Source: Chiloscyllium plagiosum (lineage: Eukaryota). Taken from it: a stretch of DNA of 40,168 nt. The stretch covers positions 1 to 40,168 of the forward strand of contig NW_025215322.1 in assembly GCF_004010195.1 (NCBI RefSeq), given 5' to 3'. The notes beneath the pieces were generated by a model. It made no database searches, was not told the DNA's origin, and saw only the letters and a program-made list of their open reading frames with translations. Below are positions 36,411-40,168 of the stretch, piece by piece (within the stretch, counting starts at the first letter, position 1; each line of letters opens with the position of its first letter). Position numbers and translations under genes: made by a program.

Positions 36411-37086
36411 CTTCTTCCCATTCATGACCTTTGAAATTAGAGTAACTTTGAAGTCGGTCATTTCATCTTTGTGATAAAGGACCGAGTGTGGGGATATGCA
36501 ATCGCAAAGAAATATCTAAAAAAGGAGCAATGACTGCAGCAGGTAGTTGGCTGGGCATGAGAAACTCCATTTCTTTTTTTTCCTTGAAGGGAAATGGGTG
36601 TGGCTGGTGAGGAATATATCCTCCCTCAGTACAGCTGTAATGCTATCCTTTATCAGAAATGCCACTCCCGCTCCTCTCTAGCCTCCCTTTCTATCCTTCC
36701 TGTAGCATTTGTATCCTGGAACATTAAGCTGCCAGTTCTGCCCATCCCTGAGCCATGTTTCCACCCTTCCATAATTGCCCACAGGGCCAGTAACTGTTAA
36801 TCATGTCATCATGGGTCTGGAGTCACATGTAGGGTAGATGAGGTAAGGATGACAGATTAACTTCCCTAAAGGGCATCAGTGGATGAGATGGGTTTTCTTC
36901 TTGACAACCGGCAACAATGACATCGTCATCATTAGACTCATTGAGATTCCACCATCTGCCATGGGGAATGTTGAACCCAGCTCCCCAGATCATTACCTAC
37001 CTCTATGATTGACAGTCTTGTGATAGGTCCATTAGGCCATTGTGCTCCAAAACTTTTAGCAATGGTGTAAGTCCACCGGGATTTAA

Positions 37087-37402
37087 GGGTGGCATGGTGG
37101 CATTATGGTTAGATTTTGGCCTCACAGTGCCAAGGACCTGGGTTCGATTCCACCCTTGGGTCCGCTGGCAAATTCTCCCCATATCTGCTTGCGTTTCCTC
37201 TCATAATCCAAAGATGTGCTCATTAGATTGGTCAGCTAAGCTATATTGTCCCATAGTGCCCAGGTTATCGGGTTAGGTGAGGCAGTCATGATAAAAGCCA
37301 TATCCATTATGTGGTGTCTGGGTAGGATGCTCTTCAGAAGGTTGCTGCAGATTCGTTGGGCCAAATGACCTCCTTCCGCACAGTTGGGTTTCTATAATCC
37401 TA
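37087..37402 (+). mobile_element. Degenerate HE1/V-SINE-type SINE
   Basis: GGGTGGCATGGTGGC head, B box GGTTCGATTCC, TCCAAAGATGTGC, tail TTCTATAATCCTAT. Confidence 0.8.
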
Positions 37403-38198
37403 TCACAGAAACAGTCTCTGATGATTGCCATGGAGAATGCTGGTTAGGTGATGGGGATTCCTAGCCTCAGTGTGTTTTCTGAATCTGGGAGGGAGATCTC
37501 TATTCACAAGGAGAGGGGTTTGATCGCATGAGCATGGACATCAGGAAGGAAGTTTCATTTAATCCCTGATAAAATGTGTGATTTCTAAACCTGGACGTTG
37601 CAATGAACAATGCAGTATGGCTTCAGGTTTTATTTGGATGGGGGCTGTGGTGAACGATGTTGGACATGTGTGAGAGAGTCTGTGTCAATGTTACAGTGTT
37701 TATGATTTCGGTGGGTATGCAGCTTGGGACATGGTCGTTGGAATCACTGCTGAATGCTTCCATGGTACAGATTGGCAGGATGTTCAATCCTGTCCACGAG
37801 GGAGGGACTCAGTGCGTGATCATATGCTCATCCAAATTTTGGACAGCATTCATTCCTGACCACTTTGGAGTGATTCAATCTCATGTGCTGTCGATATACA
37901 ATTCTGAGGCCAATCTGAGCTGTGGAGGCTCCAAAACCAAATACTGACATTTTGCAATCCATCTCCATGTTAGGTGTCTCCCATTCATTGTTTTACTGAT
38001 TCGACGTGCCATTGTGTGGATGTTCTGGTCTCACGGGAATCTCTAGCTAGTCTGAGTAACCTATGAGCCAACCCCATAAAATAATTGAGTACATGACCGT
38101 GTTTCTATGAGCAACCTGCTGTTCATGTTCTCCGATCAATGGTGCTGCAAGAGCACAGCAATTCAGGCAGAATCGAGGAGCTTCAGCAAAATCGACGT

Positions 38199-38737
38199 NN
38201 NNNNNNNNNNNNNNNNNNNNNNNNNNNNNNNNNNNNNNNNNNNNNNNNNNNNNNNNNNNNNNNNNNNNNNNNNNNNNNNNNNNNNNNNNNNNNNNNNNNN
38301 NNNNNNNNNNNNNNNNNNNNNNNNNNNNNNNNNNNNNNNNNNNNNNNNNNNNNNNNNNNNNNNNNNNNNNNNNNNNNNNNNNNNNNNNNNNNNNNNNNNN
38401 NNNNNNNNNNNNNNNNNNNNNNNNNNNNNNNNNNNNNNNNNNNNNNNNNNNNNNNNNNNNNNNNNNNNNNNNNNNNNNNNNNNNNNNNNNNNNNNNNNNN
38501 NNNNNNNNNNNNNNNNNNNNNNNNNNNNNNNNNNNNNNNNNNNNNNNNNNNNNNNNNNNNNNNNNNNNNNNNNNNNNNNNNNNNNNNNNNNNNNNNNNNN
38601 NNNNNNNNNNNNNNNNNNNNNNNNNNNNNNNNNNNNNNNNNNNNNNNNNNNNNNNNNNNNNNNNNNNNNNNNNNNNNNNNNNNNNNNNNNNNNNNNNNNN
38701 NNNNNNNNNNNNNNNNNNNNNNNNNNNNNNNNNNNNN
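38199..38737. other. Assembly gap
   Basis: Run of N. Confidence 1.
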
Positions 38738-39003
38738 TGGACCTGACCAGGTAGTCACGGAGGGAACGGTCTTTGCGGAAGGCGGAAAGGGGTGGGGAAG
38801 GAAATATATCCCTTGTGGTGTGGTCTTTTTCAAGTGATAGGGCGGGAAGAGGTGTAATCCAGGTAGCTGTGGGAGTCGGTAGGTTTGTAAAAAATGTCAG
38901 TGTAAAACCTGTGCCCACACCTCCTCCCTCACCTCTATCCAAGGCCCTAAAGGAGCCTTCCATATCCATCAATATTTTACCACGATTCAGGCTCTCTGCC
39001 TTT

Positions 39004-39040
39004 ATTCCTGATGAAGGGCTTTTGCCCGAAACGTCGATTT
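39004..39040 (+). ncRNA. Minimal type I hammerhead ribozyme motif (Penelope-associated)
   Basis: CTGATGA (39,008-39,014), A, GGGC-TTTT-GCCC stem II, GAAA (39,028-39,031), CGTC with a palindromic ACGT helix III and a GUC triplet. Confidence 0.8.
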
Positions 39041-39102
39041 TGCTGAAGCTCCTCGATGCTGCCTGAATTGCTGTGCTCTTGCAGCACCATTGATCCAGAA
39101 TC

Positions 39103-39434
39103 TGGTTTCCAGCATCTGCAGTCATTTTTTTTACCTTGTTCGTGTTCTCCCTCTGTCTATTAAAAGTGCAAGTGATTCATTCAGATTGGTTGCTGCTGCA
39201 GTTCAGATTCTTTAAACTTCATGTGACATGGAGCAACAATTACCTTTGTGCCATTACTTCCATCTGGGTGGTTTCCAGCATCTGCAGTCATTGTTTTTAC
39301 CTTGTTCGTGTTCTCCCTCTGTCTATTAAAAGTGCAAATGATTCATTCAGATTGGTTGCTGCTGCAGTTCAGATTCTTTAAACTTCATGTGACATGGAGC
39401 AACAATTACCTTTGTGCCATTACTTCCATCTGGG
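39103..39434. repeat. Tandem duplication, 2 x 166 bp
   Basis: 39,103-39,268 and 39,269-39,434 differ at only about 2 positions. Confidence 0.93.
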
Positions 39435-39501
39435 CTCAAGCATCAGAGAATGTTTGATCAGTAACTTCAAGTCTGTCTATTCCTTTCTCTTTCTCTTAAA
39501 G

Positions 39502-40002
39502 TTAGTCTCGTGCTGTTAATGATCTTAGCTAGGCGGAAGTGTGGCCTATCTATATGCACCACTCACTATCTGGCAGCCATGGCAACATCTGATCTACTGT
39601 TCATTGGTTTTGACATCGTCCTTGACCGATTTTCATATTATAATTATCCCCGATCTTTCCTGGACATCACTCCTGTTTGTAGTGTTATCGATGTCCTTGT
39701 CTTTTTGACCATTTATTGCTCTGTCTGGTACACAGTTGCTTTATTTTTTGATCGATTTGTTACCACTTGTTTTCATCAGATGAAAACTAAGTATTGTACA
39801 GAGAAAACTGCAAAGAGGGTTGTAGCAACAATCTGCATTTTCTGTTCTTTAAAGAACATTCCCAACTACTTTCGATATATACCTAGAAAGATTATCAACA
39901 ATGTTCCATGTGAATGTAAAATGAGGTCCAGTTATTACACTGACGGGTGGGAAAGTTTTCAATATATTGAATATTTTTAACACCAATGTTACCCTTCAGT
40001 TT
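39502..40002 (+). pseudogene. GPR139/GPR142-like GPCR exon 2 (TM1 to start of TM5), frameshifted and interrupted by a CR1 tail
   Basis: Pyrimidine tract plus AG at 39,500-39,501; ILARRKCGLSICTTHYLAAMATSDL, CSVWYTVALFFDRFV, KYCTEKTA, KNIPNYF; frameshift near 39,975 before LTPMLPF. Confidence 0.9.
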
Positions 40003-40168
40003 TAGAACATAGAACATAGAACATAGAAGAATACAGCGCAGTACAGGCCCTTTGGCCCTCGATGTTGCGCCGATCCAAGCCCACCTAACCTACACGAGAC
40101 CACTATCCTCCATATGCCTATCCAATGCCCGCTTAAATGCCCATAAAGAGGGAAAGTCCACCACTGCT
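40003..40168 (-). mobile_element. CR1 LINE 3' end (young)
   Basis: (TAGAACA)n tail followed by ACAGGCCCTTTGGCCC, the reverse complement of a CR1 3' terminus. Confidence 0.85.

Larger units (their letters stand above)
20049..37189. repeat. Right arm of large inverted segmental duplication
   Basis: Reverse complement of 1-10,910, lengthened by a 5.6 kb L1, a longer Penelope copy, a TG-rich tract and small inserts. Confidence 0.95.
38134..39136. mobile_element. Young Penelope-like insertion with inverted termini and a 14-bp TSD, spanning an assembly gap
   Basis: 38,134-38,198 is a near-perfect inverted repeat of 39,031-39,095; strand switch near 38,900; TSD TGTTCRTGTTCTCC at 38,120-38,133 and 39,137-39,150. 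Confidence 0.88.

Noticed and set aside
1..37189. Inverted arms as the TIRs of a giant DNA transposon or Polinton, or as a misassembly
   Set aside because: No transposase, DNA polymerase B or capsid motifs were seen. The arms are highly diverged, contain host-gene exons and carry independent insertions.
38107..39125. Long ORFs of 215-320 aa
   Set aside because: They are artefacts of translating through the N gap.
39103..39434. CRISPR-like or satellite array
   Set aside because: There are only two adjacent units with no spacers, in a eukaryotic context.
32038..39501. U12-type AT-AC intron
   Set aside because: The donor is ATAAGG rather than ATATCCTT, and the acceptor is AG.

Overview
Eukaryotic, repeat-rich genomic DNA, most likely from a shark or other elasmobranch (inferred from the HE1/V-SINE-type SINEs, Penelope-like elements, CR1 LINEs and shark-type NACHT and GPR139-like genes). 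The window is organised by an old, diverged inverted segmental duplication. The left arm (1 to about 10,910, probably to about 12,740) is the reverse complement of the right arm (about 20,049, probably about 19,885, to about 37,190). Each arm carries exon 1 of an outward-facing GPR139/GPR142-like GPCR, and exon 2 of the right copy starts at 39,502. Each arm also carries an unidentified degenerate coding-like segment with internally repeated Ig-like motifs, and a deleted SCAN-domain (Gmr1-like) Gypsy LTR element. The roughly 7 kb spacer holds a decayed NLR NACHT exon. Insertions found in one arm only include a full-length L1 with a YY1-type 5' motif and several SINEs. A young Penelope-like element with an intact hammerhead ribozyme core lies beyond the visible right arm. 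No intact protein-coding gene is visible. There are two assembly gaps (26,923-27,076 and 38,199-38,737). All alignments were done by eye, so many boundaries are approximate.
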